A DNA stretch of 64,000 nucleotides from Obrimoposthia wandeli (lineage: Eukaryota), in contig CDROCS010006454.1 of the NCBI GenBank assembly GCA_977020255.1, positions 1 through 64,000 on the forward strand, read 5' to 3'. Position numbers and translations under genes: made by a program. Below are positions 49,863 through 60,551 of this stretch, in pieces; position 1 is the first letter of the stretch; each line of letters begins with the position of its first letter. The notes under the pieces are model-generated. The model saw only the letters and a list, made by a program, of their open reading frames with translations. It made no database searches and had not been told where the DNA came from.

Positions 49863-52118
49863 ATGAAACATATCGATAATGTTAGCCGACGTGGCTTCTT
49901 AAAAAAATTAGGTATTAGCTCGACAGCACTGGTATTAGGTGTGCAATTACCTTCGATGTTAACGATCCCAAAAGCTTTGGCGGGTGTTAACGCTACTGAT
50001 AAATTTTCCCCTAGTGTTTATGTACAAATTGGCGCTGACAATATCGTTAGCATCGTGGTGCATCGCTCTGAAATGGGCCAAGGTATCAGAACCAGTATTC
50101 CGATGATTGTGGCCGATGAACTCGGTGCTGATTGGCAAAAAATCGCCGTTGTGCAAGGTTTAGGTGATAAAAAATATGGTAGTCAAAATACTGATGGTTC
50201 ACGCTCAGTAAGACGTTTTTATCAGCCATTGCGTGAAGCCGGCGCTACGGCGCGTATGATGTTGCAACAAGCCGCCGCCAATCAATGGCAAGTTGACGTT
50301 AGTGAAACACGTGCGATAAATAATACTATTGTCCATGAAAAAAGTGGTCGCGAACTATCTTTTGGTAGCCTAGTCGCCACAGCGAGCACGTTAGCCTTAC
50401 CTGAACAATCAGCGTTAATACTTAAAGCCAAGCAGGACTTTACCCTTATTGGTAAGTCTGATGTCGCGTTAGTTGATGGTGAAAAAATCGTGACAGGTAC
50501 CGCGACTTACGGCTTCGATGTTGAACTAGCCAACATGCAATACGCGGTTATCGCGAGACCTCCAGTCTTAGGGTCGAAAGTTAAATCATTTAATGCTGAA
50601 GCGGCAAAAGCGATTGCCGGTGTTATTGATGTTGTGCAATTACCTGATTTAGAAGAGCCTGCGGTATTTAAACCTTTGGGCGGCGTGGCGGTTATTGCTA
50701 AAAACACTTGGGCGGCGATTAAAGGTCGTGAAGCGTTAGCAATGCAATGGCATGAAAGCGAGCATAAAAGTTACAATACAGAACAGTACAAGCAGGCACT
50801 AGCTGAGAGTTGCGATAATCCAGCGAAAGTGCTGCGCAGTAAAGGCGACACGGTTAACGCTTTAGCGACAGCTAAACAAGTGATTAAAGCGTCGTATTAT
50901 GTCCCTGAATTAATTCATGTGCCGATGGAGCCACCTGCGGCAACCGCGCACTATCATGATGGTATTTTTGATATTTGGGCGTGTTCACAAACCCCGCAAT
51001 CAGCGCAAGCTACGGTTGCACAAATTACCGGTGTCGCCGCTGAAAAAGTCAATATCAATGTGACGCTACTCGGTGGTGGCTTTGGCCGTAAATCTAAGCC
51101 AGACTTTGTCGTTGAAGCTGCTATATTGTCGAAACAACTTAATGTCCCTATTAAAGTGTTGTGGACGCGTGAGGACGAAATTCAAAATGGTTATTATCAT
51201 GCGGTCAGTTATCAAAAACTGGCGGCTGGTATTGATGAAAATGGCAATGTTAGTGCATGGCAACACCATGCAGCAGAGCCACCTATTGGTTCAACGTTTA
51301 GTAAAGGCGCAGATTTAATTAGTTCGGAAGCTGATTTAGGCTTAATTGATATGCCGTTCGATATTGCTAATGTCAGCTGTGCTATTGGTAAAGCACCCGC
51401 TCATACGCGCATTGGTTGGATGCGTTCAGTCACTAATATTAATCATGTCTTTGCTATTGGCTCATTTGCTGATGAGTTAGCACAAGCTAGAGGCGCAGAC
51501 AGTAAAGATCATTTACTGGCACTGATTGGCGCTGACCGTAAAATTGATTTTTCCACCGAGCAGGCCAAATATGGCAATTACGGTGAAACATTAGAAAAAT
51601 TTCCTGTTGATACCGCGCGTATGAAGGCGGTAGTAGAAAAAGCCAGTGTTATGGCAAAATGGGGCAGAAAGTTACCGAAAGGCCATGGCTTAGGTATTGC
51701 TATGCACCGAAGCTTTGTTAGCTATGTTGCCTGTGTGGTTGAAGTGTCAGAAAACAGCGATGGTAAAATTAAAGTGCATGATGTTTGGATGGCGGTCGAT
51801 TGTGGCTTAGCGGTAAATCCAGAGCGTATTCGCTCGCAAATGGAAGGCGCGGCTATTTTTGCTTTATCTTATACATTTTATAGTGAGCTAACCGCTAAAA
51901 ATGGTGTTATTGAACAAAATAACTTTGACGGTTATCAAATTGCTCGATTGAGCGACGCGCCGACTACTCATGTAGAAATTATTGACAGCGATGCACCTCC
52001 TGGCGGTGTTGGTGAACCCGGCGTGCCGCCGATCGCCCCGGCTATTTGTAATGCTATTTTTAATGCCACGGGTAAACGTTATCGAGAGCTACCATTGAAA
52101 AAGTATGGCATTGTTTAA
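49863..52118 (+). CDS. Molybdopterin-binding large subunit (IorB-like, xanthine dehydrogenase family), Tat signal
   Basis: SRRGFLK, SEMGQG, GGGFGRK, WTRE, DCGLAVNP, GGVGEPGVPP. Confidence 0.92.
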   Translation: MKHIDNVSRRGFLKKLGISSTALVLGVQLPSMLTIPKALAGVNATDKFSPSVYVQIGADNIVSIVVHRSEMGQGIRTSIPMIVADELGADWQKIAVVQGLGDKKYGSQNTDGSRSVRRFYQPLREAGATARMMLQQAAANQWQVDVSETRAINNTIVHEKSGRELSFGSLVATASTLALPEQSALILKAKQDFTLIGKSDVALVDGEKIVTGTATYGFDVELANMQYAVIARPPVLGSKVKSFNAEAAKAIAGVIDVVQLPDLEEPAVFKPLGGVAVIAKNTWAAIKGREALAMQWHESEHKSYNTEQYKQALAESCDNPAKVLRSKGDTVNALATAKQVIKASYYVPELIHVPMEPPAATAHYHDGIFDIWACSQTPQSAQATVAQITGVAAEKVNINVTLLGGGFGRKSKPDFVVEAAILSKQLNVPIKVLWTREDEIQNGYYHAVSYQKLAAGIDENGNVSAWQHHAAEPPIGSTFSKGADLISSEADLGLIDMPFDIANVSCAIGKAPAHTRIGWMRSVTNINHVFAIGSFADELAQARGADSKDHLLALIGADRKIDFSTEQAKYGNYGETLEKFPVDTARMKAVVEKASVMAKWGRKLPKGHGLGIAMHRSFVSYVACVVEVSENSDGKIKVHDVWMAVDCGLAVNPERIRSQMEGAAIFALSYTFYSELTAKNGVIEQNNFDGYQIARLSDAPTTHVEIIDSDAPPGGVGEPGVPPIAPAICNAIFNATGKRYRELPLKKYGIV

Positions 52119-52159
52119 CGAGAAACTTGTTACTCAATATCTTGAGTTAATATAAATTT

Positions 52160-52185
52160 AAAGCAGCAAATAATGCTGCTTTTTT
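52160..52185 (+). terminator. Terminator after the oxidoreductase operon
   Basis: AAAGCAGCA-AATAA-TGCTGCTTTTTT. Confidence 0.8.
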
Positions 52186-52310
52186 ATTGCATGCTGTAAA
52201 ATAGTAAATGAACTGATAAAATAGCGCCGATATCGATATTCAGAGCAGTTGAAGTCATGAGCCTAGCTAGGATTCAGTACTTCGAGTGACAATATACCTT
52301 AGGAAAATAG

Positions 52311-52862
52311 ATGGCTTCTTTACAAGACCAGTTGTTAAAAGCGGGTTTAACCACCAAGCAAAAAGCACGACAAGCAAATAGTGATAAGCGAAAAACCGGT
52401 AAGCAAAAACGCAGTGGTGTTAAGGTTGACGCCAGTTTACAAGAGCAAGTAAAGCAAGAACTTGAGCTAGCGAAAAAAGAAAAGTTAGCGCGTGATGTCG
52501 CCTTAAATAATGAAAAGAAAGCAGCGCTGGTTGCTAAAGAGCAACAGCTGAGAATTTTACAAATTTTAAAGCATCACCATGTCACTAATGTGAATGGCGA
52601 AGCGGTTTATAATTACACTTTTAATAGTAAAATTAAAAAGCTATTTGTTGATAGCATAACGCATAAGGCCTTAGTCAATGGCCGTTTAGCCTTATGTGGC
52701 GTTGATGATACAACGTATATTGTTACCGCGGAAACCGCGGAAAAAGTAGCAAGTTTAGATAAAGACGTTATTTTGGTACAGAATACCAAAGTTGTTGAAG
52801 AAGTGATTGCTGAAGATGACCCTTATGCAGAGTTTCAAATTCCTGATGATATGATGTGGTAA
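52311..52862 (+). CDS. DUF2058 (YaiL-like) protein
   Basis: MASLQDQLLKAGL start, DDPYAEFQIPDDMMW end. Confidence 0.85.
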   Translation: MASLQDQLLKAGLTTKQKARQANSDKRKTGKQKRSGVKVDASLQEQVKQELELAKKEKLARDVALNNEKKAALVAKEQQLRILQILKHHHVTNVNGEAVYNYTFNSKIKKLFVDSITHKALVNGRLALCGVDDTTYIVTAETAEKVASLDKDVILVQNTKVVEEVIAEDDPYAEFQIPDDMMW

Positions 52863-52929
52863 ACAAGTCATGTCATTTTCTTAATTTGTATGATTAATTT
52901 ATTTACTTAACCAAGAGCAAAAAATCTAT

Positions 52930-53292
52930 ATGTTTTTAATTCGTTGGCCTATTGGCCGTTTAATTTTATTATTAAATTTTTTATTTTCGCCAAGTGCACC
53001 AAAACGTACTTCTCAATTACAAAAAGAAGTGGATGCAAGTACGGCACATTTAAGCCTGTACCAATTACCGGCTTGCCCATTTTGTGTAAAAACTCGTCGT
53101 GCCATGAAACGATTAGGTTTAAATATTGAATTGCGCAATATCAATCAGCATGAGCATTATCGTGAAGAATTGATTAATGAAGGTGGCAAAAAAACCGTAC
53201 CATGCTTGAAAATTATTAATGAAGATCAATCTATTACCTGGATGTATGAGTCAGGTGACATTATTAACTATTTACAACAATTTGCCCGTTAA
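52930..53292 (+). CDS. Glutaredoxin-like protein (CPFC)
   Basis: LYQLPACPFCVK, GGKKTVPCL, WMYESGDI. Confidence 0.88.
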   Translation: MFLIRWPIGRLILLLNFLFSPSAPKRTSQLQKEVDASTAHLSLYQLPACPFCVKTRRAMKRLGLNIELRNINQHEHYREELINEGGKKTVPCLKIINEDQSITWMYESGDIINYLQQFAR

Positions 53293-53388
53293 AGGTAATA
53301 TTAAATAACTAATTAAGTTTACAAAGAATTTAATTAGCTCTTATGAGGTCTCTATACTTGAAGGTAATGAGACCGATTAGAGGTAAAA

Positions 53389-54399
53389 ATGTTAATTAAA
53401 ACTAAAAAAAGCTATCAACTGTCTGAGCAAGTAGTAACAGACGAATCCGTTTATCACTCTAGACGCGATCTTTTAAAAAAACTGGGTTACCTTGGCGCTG
53501 GTAGTTTATTAGCACAATCAGCCACAGCTAATGCTGGTCCATTAGACTTTTTTAGTAGTAAAGAAGCCGCGGTATTTCAGCGCAAAGCGCTAACCTTTCA
53601 AAAAGCCAATGAATCTTCGCAAATTTTAACCCCTGAAGCGAAAGTAACCTCTCATAATAACTTTTATGAATTTGGTACCGCAAAGGGCGATCCGGTCGAA
53701 AACGCTCAAGAATTTAAAGTTGATCCTTGGCAGCTAAGTATTTCTGGTGAAGTCGATAAGCCTTACACTTTAGGCTACGACGATCTCTTTAAAAGCTTCC
53801 CTTTAGAAGAGCGTATATATCGCTTACGTTGTGTTGAAGCATGGTCAATGGTCGTGCCTTGGGTTGGCTTTGGATTAGCTGACTTAATTAAAAGAGCCGC
53901 ACCAAATTCAAGAGCCAAATATGTTGCCTTTGAAACCTTGTACGATCCAAAACAGATGCCCGGGCAAGAAAGTCGTCGTATCGGTGGTGGTGTTAAATAT
54001 CCTTATGTTGAAGGTTTACGTATAGATGAAGCGATGAACCCACTGACATTTATGAGTGTTGGTTTATATGGTAAAACGTTACCGGCCCAAAATGGCGCGC
54101 CTATTCGCTTGGTTGTGCCATGGAAATATGGTTTTAAAAGCATTAAATCCATTGTTGGCATAAAATTGGTTGAACATAAACCACCAACAACATGGAACAT
54201 CTTAGCTGATAGTGAATACGGTTTTTATGCCAATGTTAATCCTGAGGTTGATCATCCGCGCTGGAGTCAAGCAAGTGAAAGGCGCATAACCACAGGTGGC
54301 TTATTCGCTCGTAATCGTATCGCTACATTACCCTTTAATGGTTATGGTGAAGAAGTGGCTGATATGTATAAAAATATGGATTTAAGGAAAAACTATTAG
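53389..54399 (+). CDS. msrP: Protein-methionine-sulfoxide reductase catalytic subunit
   Basis: Tat [50 protein letters not shown]. Confidence 0.95.
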   Translation: MLIKTKKSYQLSEQVVTDESVYHSRRDLLKKLGYLGAGSLLAQSATANAGPLDFFSSKEAAVFQRKALTFQKANESSQILTPEAKVTSHNNFYEFGTAKGDPVENAQEFKVDPWQLSISGEVDKPYTLGYDDLFKSFPLEERIYRLRCVEAWSMVVPWVGFGLADLIKRAAPNSRAKYVAFETLYDPKQMPGQESRRIGGGVKYPYVEGLRIDEAMNPLTFMSVGLYGKTLPAQNGAPIRLVVPWKYGFKSIKSIVGIKLVEHKPPTTWNILADSEYGFYANVNPEVDHPRWSQASERRITTGGLFARNRIATLPFNGYGEEVADMYKNMDLRKNY

Positions 54400-55037
54400 T
54401 GAGTACTAGTGTAAAAAAGCCGAATAAAGTGTCTTTTAAAACAGTATTTAAACGTAATAGAGTGTTATTACTAAAAATTGCTATTCACTTAATGTCTTTT
54501 TTGCCGCTACTTGCCTTATATTTATTGGCATTTGATGAGCAGCTTGGTGCAGATCCGGTCAAAGAAGTGATTCATTTTACCGGTATTGGTGCTTTTAATT
54601 TATTATTGCTTTCATTGGTATTAACGCCGATTGCAAAAAGGTATCGTCAAGGTTATTTATTACAAACAAGGCGACTACTCGGCTTATATAGTTTTACTTA
54701 TGCGTTGTTTCATTTATTGAGCTTTTTAGCGTTTGAAGTGCAGTTTGATTTGATGCTGTTTTTTAGTGAAATTATTGATAGACCATACATTACAGTAGGC
54801 ATGGCGGCGTTAATTATTCTTTTTGCTTTGAGCGTAACATCAATAACGTCACTTAGACGAAAAATGGGTAAAAAGTGGCAAAAACTACATAATTGGGTTT
54901 ATGGCGCGCTTTTACTTATCGCCTTACATTTTTTTTGGTCAGTAAAGTCTGATATTGTTGAGCCAATGTTCTACGTTTTTATGGCGTTATTTTTATTGAA
55001 CTTACGCAGAGATAAAATTAAAGCTTGGTTTAAATAG
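54399..55037 (+). CDS. msrQ: Protein-methionine-sulfoxide reductase heme-binding subunit
   Basis: LGADPV, HFTG, RRLLGL, RPYITVG, WQKLHNWVY. Confidence 0.93.
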   Translation: MSTSVKKPNKVSFKTVFKRNRVLLLKIAIHLMSFLPLLALYLLAFDEQLGADPVKEVIHFTGIGAFNLLLLSLVLTPIAKRYRQGYLLQTRRLLGLYSFTYALFHLLSFLAFEVQFDLMLFFSEIIDRPYITVGMAALIILFALSVTSITSLRRKMGKKWQKLHNWVYGALLLIALHFFWSVKSDIVEPMFYVFMALFLLNLRRDKIKAWFK

Positions 55038-55053
55038 CGCTCATTGAAACAAC

Positions 55054-55086
55054 AAAAAAGCGAAGGTAAATACCTTCGCTTTTTTT
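55054..55086. terminator. Bidirectional terminator between msrQ and ppiC
   Basis: AAAAAAGCGAAGGTA-AA-TACCTTCGCTTTTTTT. Confidence 0.85.
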
Positions 55087-55177
55087 ATATCGATCAGTTT
55101 GCTTTCAGTGCAGTGCAAATGTAAAGCTGTTCATGAACTTAGTATGATACAAGCCTTATCTGCGCTGAATAAAAAGA

Positions 55178-55459
55178 CTACTCGCTTCGTGCTGTTACTT
55201 CTACTAAGTGAAAACCGAACTGAGTTTTAATAGGTCCTTTGACTTCATTCAATGGTGCTGAAAAAACAACTTCATCAAATTCTTGTACCATTTGGCCACG
55301 ACCAAAAGAACCTAGTGCTCCACCTTGCTCTTTTGAAGGGCAATTTGAATGGGCTTTCGCTACTGCTGTGAAGTCTTCACCTGCTGCGATTTGTTGCTTT
55401 AATGTTAGACACTGCTCTTCAGTATCTACCAATATATGACGTGCTGATGCTCTTAGCAT
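55178..55459 (-). CDS. ppiC: Parvulin-type peptidyl-prolyl isomerase
   Basis: ASARHILV, HSNCPS, GGALG.F.RGQMV, GPIKTQFGFH. Confidence 0.93.
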   Translation of the reverse strand: MLRASARHILVDTEEQCLTLKQQIAAGEDFTAVAKAHSNCPSKEQGGALGSFGRGQMVQEFDEVVFSAPLNEVKGPIKTQFGFHLVEVTARSE

Positions 55460-55723
55460 TGCTTTTCCTTTTTTGTTACTTGAAATTATAAATGGACTGT
55501 AGCGTATTTATTTTGAAAATAAAATAGCCAAAAAATAAAATGTGTCGCTGTAATATCGTTGTGATGTTATGCATTGATAGGGGGATGAAGAGCCAAGCTA
55601 TTGATAAAAAATAGCTCGAGAGTTTACTTCTTAAGGTACGAATAGCACTTCTTGGTAAAGTCATTAGTTGATAAGTATTACAATTTATCTTTGGTTATTA
55701 TTGTTTCAATAAAGCCAGAGGTG

Positions 55724-56176
55724 TTAATTGTGTTTTTTATTCTGCTCTTGTTGGCGCTCATTTTTCTTATTGTCATCTGATGATGAGAAATCAAAATAGG
55801 CCAAAATCTGTTGTAGTTTATCGTTAAATTTTGCTGCGAATTCAAAGATAGAGTTTTTTTTCTTAAACTTCTTTGGTGATAAAATAGAAAAATCAGTAGT
55901 TTGGATATCAAGTAATGGTTTTTGATCTCTTGGAATATATACAGAAATATTTAACCTATTCTTGAGTAATACTTTGCTAACGGTGTGTGAAGAAACATAG
56001 CGTGCAGCAATATTATTTGCTGCTGAATTTATTTTTACTGTCACATTATCAATATTAACAGTGAAAGATTGTCGCTGTTTATCTTTTATTTCTGGACCTG
56101 CATGGACAACTGAGCAATATAAACCCAGGATAACAAAAATAGATCCAACTAAATTTTTTTTAGCGTGCTTTGCCAT
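55724..56176 (-). CDS. Hypothetical exported protein, very AT-rich
   Basis: ATG 56176 with GAGGA RBS; signal peptide ending VVHA; 150 aa. Confidence 0.6.
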   Translation of the reverse strand: MAKHAKKNLVGSIFVILGLYCSVVHAGPEIKDKQRQSFTVNIDNVTVKINSAANNIAARYVSSHTVSKVLLKNRLNISVYIPRDQKPLLDIQTTDFSILSPKKFKKKNSIFEFAAKFNDKLQQILAYFDFSSSDDNKKNERQQEQNKKHN

Positions 56177-56451
56177 TTTGTATTCCTCATTATTTATCTT
56201 CCTTGATGTTGCCATTGTAGCATCGTGTTACAAATCAATATAGATTGGAATAGATTTCTATGCGATAAAAATAAGATAAAGCGCTTATTTTTTCAGCCCA
56301 ATTGCGTAATGAGTCAGCCAACTTAATACTCTTAATCGTAACAAAGCACTATTTCTCAATAAAAAAGCCGGCAACGATGAAGTATTAGTTCATTGGAACA
56401 GGCTTTTTTATAGCTAGCTATTGTCTCTGGAACATTTTTATATCACTACTT

Positions 56452-56507
56452 TATACCCAAACCACTTGAAGATGCACAATCCTGCACCTTCAAGTGGCTT
56501 GGGTATA
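56452..56507. mobile_element. ERIC-like MITE copy C, 56-bp minimal derivative (two TIRs fused)
   Basis: TATACCCAAACCACTTGAAGATGCA-CAATCC-TGCACCTTCAAGTGGCTTGGGTATA. Confidence 0.9.
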
Positions 56508-56549
56508 GATGTTAACTGTATTTTTAGACTTCACCTTGAATAATAATGC

Positions 56550-58724
56550 TTACTTGTTTTGTGCTTTAAATAAAAGTCTGTTCTTATGGAGCAAAGGCTC
56601 TGTATAGCCATTGGGCTGCAAGTGACCTTTAAAGACAAGCTCTAATGCTGTTTGAAAGGCAATGTTATGGTCAAAATTATCTGACATCGCCTGATACTGC
56701 TCATCGTATTGGTTTTGCTGATCAACAATAGTCGCCATTTTTTTCATACTGGTTAACACTTGCTCTGGTGTGCAAATATTATGTTGTAACCAGTTAGCCA
56801 TATGCTGACTTGATATCCGTAGCGTTGCTCTATCTTCCATTAAGCCAACATTGTTTATATCGGGCACCTTTGAGCAACCAACGCCGTGATCAATCCAACG
56901 TACCACGTAACCTAGTATACCTTGTGAATTATTATCGAGTTCATCAGAGATTTCTTGTGCTGACCATTGAGTATTTTCTGCTAATGGTATCGTTAAAATA
57001 TCGTCAACATTTGCCGGCGTACGATTTTTAAGTTGTTGCTGTAACTTTAAAACATTAATTTTATGGTAATGAAGCGCGTGTAAGGTTGCTGCGGTTGGTG
57101 ATGGTACCCATGCGGTGTTTGCGCCGGCCTCAACATGATTGATTTTAGTTGCGAGCATATTGGCCATTTGATCTGGAATTGGCCACATGCCTTTGCCAAT
57201 TTGTGCTCTGCCACTAAAGCCACACGCTAAACCAACATCAACATTGTTGTCTTCATAAGCTCCAATCCATTTTGTTAGCTTTATATCGGCTTTTCTAGCC
57301 ATTACACCAGCTGCCATTGAGGTATGAATTTCATCACCTGTTCGGTCAAGAAAACCGGTATTGATAAATACGACACGTTCTTTAGCTTGGTAAATACAGG
57401 CTTTTAAGTTAACACTGGTACGACGCTCCTCATCCATAATACCCATTTTGATGGTGTTACGTGGCAAAGATAATAAATCTTCAGTGCGATCAAATAATTC
57501 ATTAGCAAAGGCAACTTCTTCTGGGCCATGCATTTTAGGTTTTACAATATAAATTGAGCCAGTGTCACTGTTGCGTAAGCTATTTTTTTGATTAACGTCA
57601 TAGGTTGATATTAATGAGGTAATAACGGCGTCCATAATGCCCTCAGGTATCTCATTGTTCTGATGATCAATAATGGCGTTATTTGTCATTAAGTGACCAA
57701 CATTACGAACAAACATTAAGCTACGTGCTTTGAGTTTAGCTGTTGTGCCGTCAAGCGCTTGATAGCTTTTATCTTGATGCATTAAACGCGTTTGTTGCTG
57801 ACCTGACTTTTCAAAAGTTTCAGACAGTGTACCTTGATTTAAGCCAAGCCAATTTTGATAAACCACCACTTTATCTTGTGCGTCAACGGCGGCAACTGAA
57901 TCTTCGCAGTCCATAATAGTGGTTAGAGCGGACTCCATTGCGATATCACTAACGCCCGCCATATCACTTTGGGCAATTGGATTACTTTGATCAAATTGCA
58001 CGATAAAATGTAAGTCGTTATGTTTAAAAACAAGTTCGATTGGTTTCGCTGCTTCGCCATTAAAACCCATAAATGCTGTTGAGTCGGCCAAGCCCGTACT
58101 GTCGCCATTATTTAGTTTAATCACTAAGGCACTATCTATAACTTGATAGGACTGGGCATCGTGATGCGAGCCATCACTTAACGGGATGGCTTGATCTAAA
58201 AAGTCACGAGAAAACGCGACAACTTTAGCACCGCGAGCAGGATTATAAGATTTTGTTTTTTCAGCGCCGCCTGCGTCAGAAATAACATCAGAGCCATATA
58301 AAGCGTCATATAAGCTGCCCCAACGTGCATTGACGGCATTTAAAGCAAAACGAGCATTCATCACTGGCACAACAAGTTGCGGACCAGCCATTGTGGCTAA
58401 TTCGGCGTCAACATTCTCTGTCGATATAGTGAAATCTGCCACGGGTGCTGCTAGGTAGCCAATGCTTGTTAAAAAACTTTTATAGTCAGTAAAGTTGAAT
58501 TTATCTGCTTGATGCTCTTGATGATAAGTCGTTATCTGCTGCTGAAGCGATGTACGTTTTTCTAATAAAGCTTTATTCTTAGGGCTTAATTCTGCAATAA
58601 GTTTTGAAAAGTCAGCCCAGAATGTTTTAGCTGCTATTGCAGTGCCCGGTAGCACTTTTTCATTAACGAAATTATATAATTCTTCTGCTACCTGCAAATC
58701 TGCGATTGAAATTCTTTTTGTCAT
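56550..58724 (-). CDS. glcB: Malate synthase G
   Basis: AGPQLVVPV, ARWGSLYDALY, IMDCEDS, RNVGHLM, KPKMHGP, MDEERRT, INTGFLDRTGD, MEDRATLRISSQH. Confidence 0.97.
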   Translation of the reverse strand: MTKRISIADLQVAEELYNFVNEKVLPGTAIAAKTFWADFSKLIAELSPKNKALLEKRTSLQQQITTYHQEHQADKFNFTDYKSFLTSIGYLAAPVADFTISTENVDAELATMAGPQLVVPVMNARFALNAVNARWGSLYDALYGSDVISDAGGAEKTKSYNPARGAKVVAFSRDFLDQAIPLSDGSHHDAQSYQVIDSALVIKLNNGDSTGLADSTAFMGFNGEAAKPIELVFKHNDLHFIVQFDQSNPIAQSDMAGVSDIAMESALTTIMDCEDSVAAVDAQDKVVVYQNWLGLNQGTLSETFEKSGQQQTRLMHQDKSYQALDGTTAKLKARSLMFVRNVGHLMTNNAIIDHQNNEIPEGIMDAVITSLISTYDVNQKNSLRNSDTGSIYIVKPKMHGPEEVAFANELFDRTEDLLSLPRNTIKMGIMDEERRTSVNLKACIYQAKERVVFINTGFLDRTGDEIHTSMAAGVMARKADIKLTKWIGAYEDNNVDVGLACGFSGRAQIGKGMWPIPDQMANMLATKINHVEAGANTAWVPSPTAATLHALHYHKINVLKLQQQLKNRTPANVDDILTIPLAENTQWSAQEISDELDNNSQGILGYVVRWIDHGVGCSKVPDINNVGLMEDRATLRISSQHMANWLQHNICTPEQVLTSMKKMATIVDQQNQYDEQYQAMSDNFDHNIAFQTALELVFKGHLQPNGYTEPLLHKNRLLFKAQNK

Positions 58725-59240
58725 GGGACACCTATCTTGAAAGTTTAGAAGAAAGTTTTCTGATAAAAATTTAAATAATATATTGTCACTTAGCGATAAT
58801 CTTAAGGTTTATTGATACCGGCTTACCGTTTGAGTTCGGCCTCAGTGCTTATTGCCTACTGAAACCATTTGTAAAGCCAATAATGTTGCCAGTGTCCCTT
58901 TGAAGTCACCTTCTGGAAGTTAAATAGCAAATTAATAAGTTATCTAAATATACTTAATAGCTTTTGCTTTATCCAAGCTTGTTACTGAGGTATTAAGCTG
59001 ACTGATTTATTATTTTAATTGTTATTACTTTACGTGTTAACGAAAAACTAATACCTGCAATGTAAAAACATTACGCGTCTGATGCAATAGCTATTAAGCA
59101 GAGTAATTTTTTATTTAGTTAAAAATCTGCTGTTTGAAAAACAGACTTTAATTCAAGTTATTGTTAAATAATAAATTAATTTTATTTTTTTAGTGTTTTA
59201 TATGGTTTTATTCATATCATTGTTTGTTTCTATTTTTGGT

Positions 59241-59255
59241 ATTCATCTTGTGAAT
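59241..59255. promoter_or_regulatory. Putative LysR operator (ATTCA-N5-TGAAT) upstream of glcB
   Basis: Perfect T-N11-A dyad ATTCATCTTGTGAAT; single-mismatch copies at 61485 and 61681. Confidence 0.45.
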
Positions 59256-59437
59256 TAAACGGGGTATTACTAAACAGGAGATGAAAACCACTATATTCAT
59301 GTCTTCGAACTGTTTTTGTACTCAACATAACATTATGCGATATCAATGAAGCCGTTTAGTTATAACTGCATCTTTAAGTGGTTTGGGCATAAATTCATTT
59401 AAGACGTTAACTTGAAAAATGAATGCTCATCATGCCG

Positions 59438-60157
59438 CTAAAAAAATGATGCCAAAAAGGTAATGATAAATGGGCTGGTTATCGCTGTAATCACTGCTGA
59501 AACAATTAATGCTAACGAGCTATAGGCGGCGTGCTCATAACTGATATTACTAACCGTTGCTGTGCCAATCGCATGGCTTGCTGCACCAATGGCCAAGCCT
59601 TGTGCTTTGGGCGACTTCACTTGAATAAAGGCCAACCAGCGTGGGCCAACTAAGGCGCCAAAGAAACCAGCTAAAATGATAGCAAAAGCAGTAATTGCTG
59701 TATTGCCATCTAATTGACCTGCAATGGCAATAGCTATGGGGGTTGTTATGGATTTTAGTGATAGTGCTACGGCAATGGTGTAATCACCAATTAATAACAT
59801 TGCGACAATAAAGCTGCTGGTGATAGCAAATAATGCGCCGATCAATAAGACTAATAATATGCTCTTCCATTGCTTAGTAATTGTTTCTAGGTGTTGGTAT
59901 AGAGGAAAGCCGAGAGCAACAACAGCAGGTTCAAGTAGTGCATTAAGCAACCAAGAATTAGAAAAGTAGCTTTCAAAAGTGATGTCTTGCCAAACTAAGA
60001 TGGCAATGAGTGCCAAAATACTCATTAGCATGGGCTGTAGCCAAATAGCGTTTAATTTTCGCTGCAACAGTGCAATAAATTGAAACAGTGTGATGGTGCC
60101 AAGTACAACAATAATCGATGACAGTAACGCTGAGTTGGAGAGTGCCGTTATGGTCAT
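59438..60157 (-). CDS. lrgB: LrgB-family membrane protein
   Basis: LLEPAVVALGFPLY, KSITTPIA, GLAIGAASHAIGTA. Confidence 0.92.
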   Translation of the reverse strand: MTITALSNSALLSSIIVVLGTITLFQFIALLQRKLNAIWLQPMLMSILALIAILVWQDITFESYFSNSWLLNALLEPAVVALGFPLYQHLETITKQWKSILLVLLIGALFAITSSFIVAMLLIGDYTIAVALSLKSITTPIAIAIAGQLDGNTAITAFAIILAGFFGALVGPRWLAFIQVKSPKAQGLAIGAASHAIGTATVSNISYEHAAYSSLALIVSAVITAITSPFIITFLASFF

Positions 60158-60531
60158 TAGTCTTCCTCGTCATTCACTGCGTAGCGTTGATAATAAAGAC
60201 CAACAATGGTGAGCAAAACAAATGTGCTTGCAAAGGTAATGGCAACGATAACAAGACCAAATTGTTTAATTAATTCAAGGTGATTGATAATACCAACACC
60301 AGCGGGAACAAAACATACTCCCATATGTTTCAAGCACCATACTACACTGCTTTTGATGTTATCAGCGTCAAATACGCGAAAGTGTAGCGTTAAAGTAAAG
60401 ATAATTAAACCGTATAAACTGCCCGGCAATATCGGTGCAAAATACGCACATAACTTACCAAAGGCAAGACAACTGCCTATGGCAAAAATACTATATAGCG
60501 CATTGAATGCTTTGTACTTAAATGCTATCAC
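60157..60531 (-). CDS. CidA/LrgA-family membrane protein
   Basis: LPGSLYG, FVPAGVGII; translationally coupled to lrgB; GTG start. Confidence 0.88.
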   Translation of the reverse strand: MIAFKYKAFNALYSIFAIGSCLAFGKLCAYFAPILPGSLYGLIIFTLTLHFRVFDADNIKSSVVWCLKHMGVCFVPAGVGIINHLELIKQFGLVIVAITFASTFVLLTIVGLYYQRYAVNDEED

Positions 60532-60551
60532 TTTCGTTATGACCTTAAGTG

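Noticed and set aside
58815-58925. Glycine riboswitch upstream of glcB
   Set aside because: Lacks the conserved GGAGA...GAAG...CUCUCAGG aptamer core
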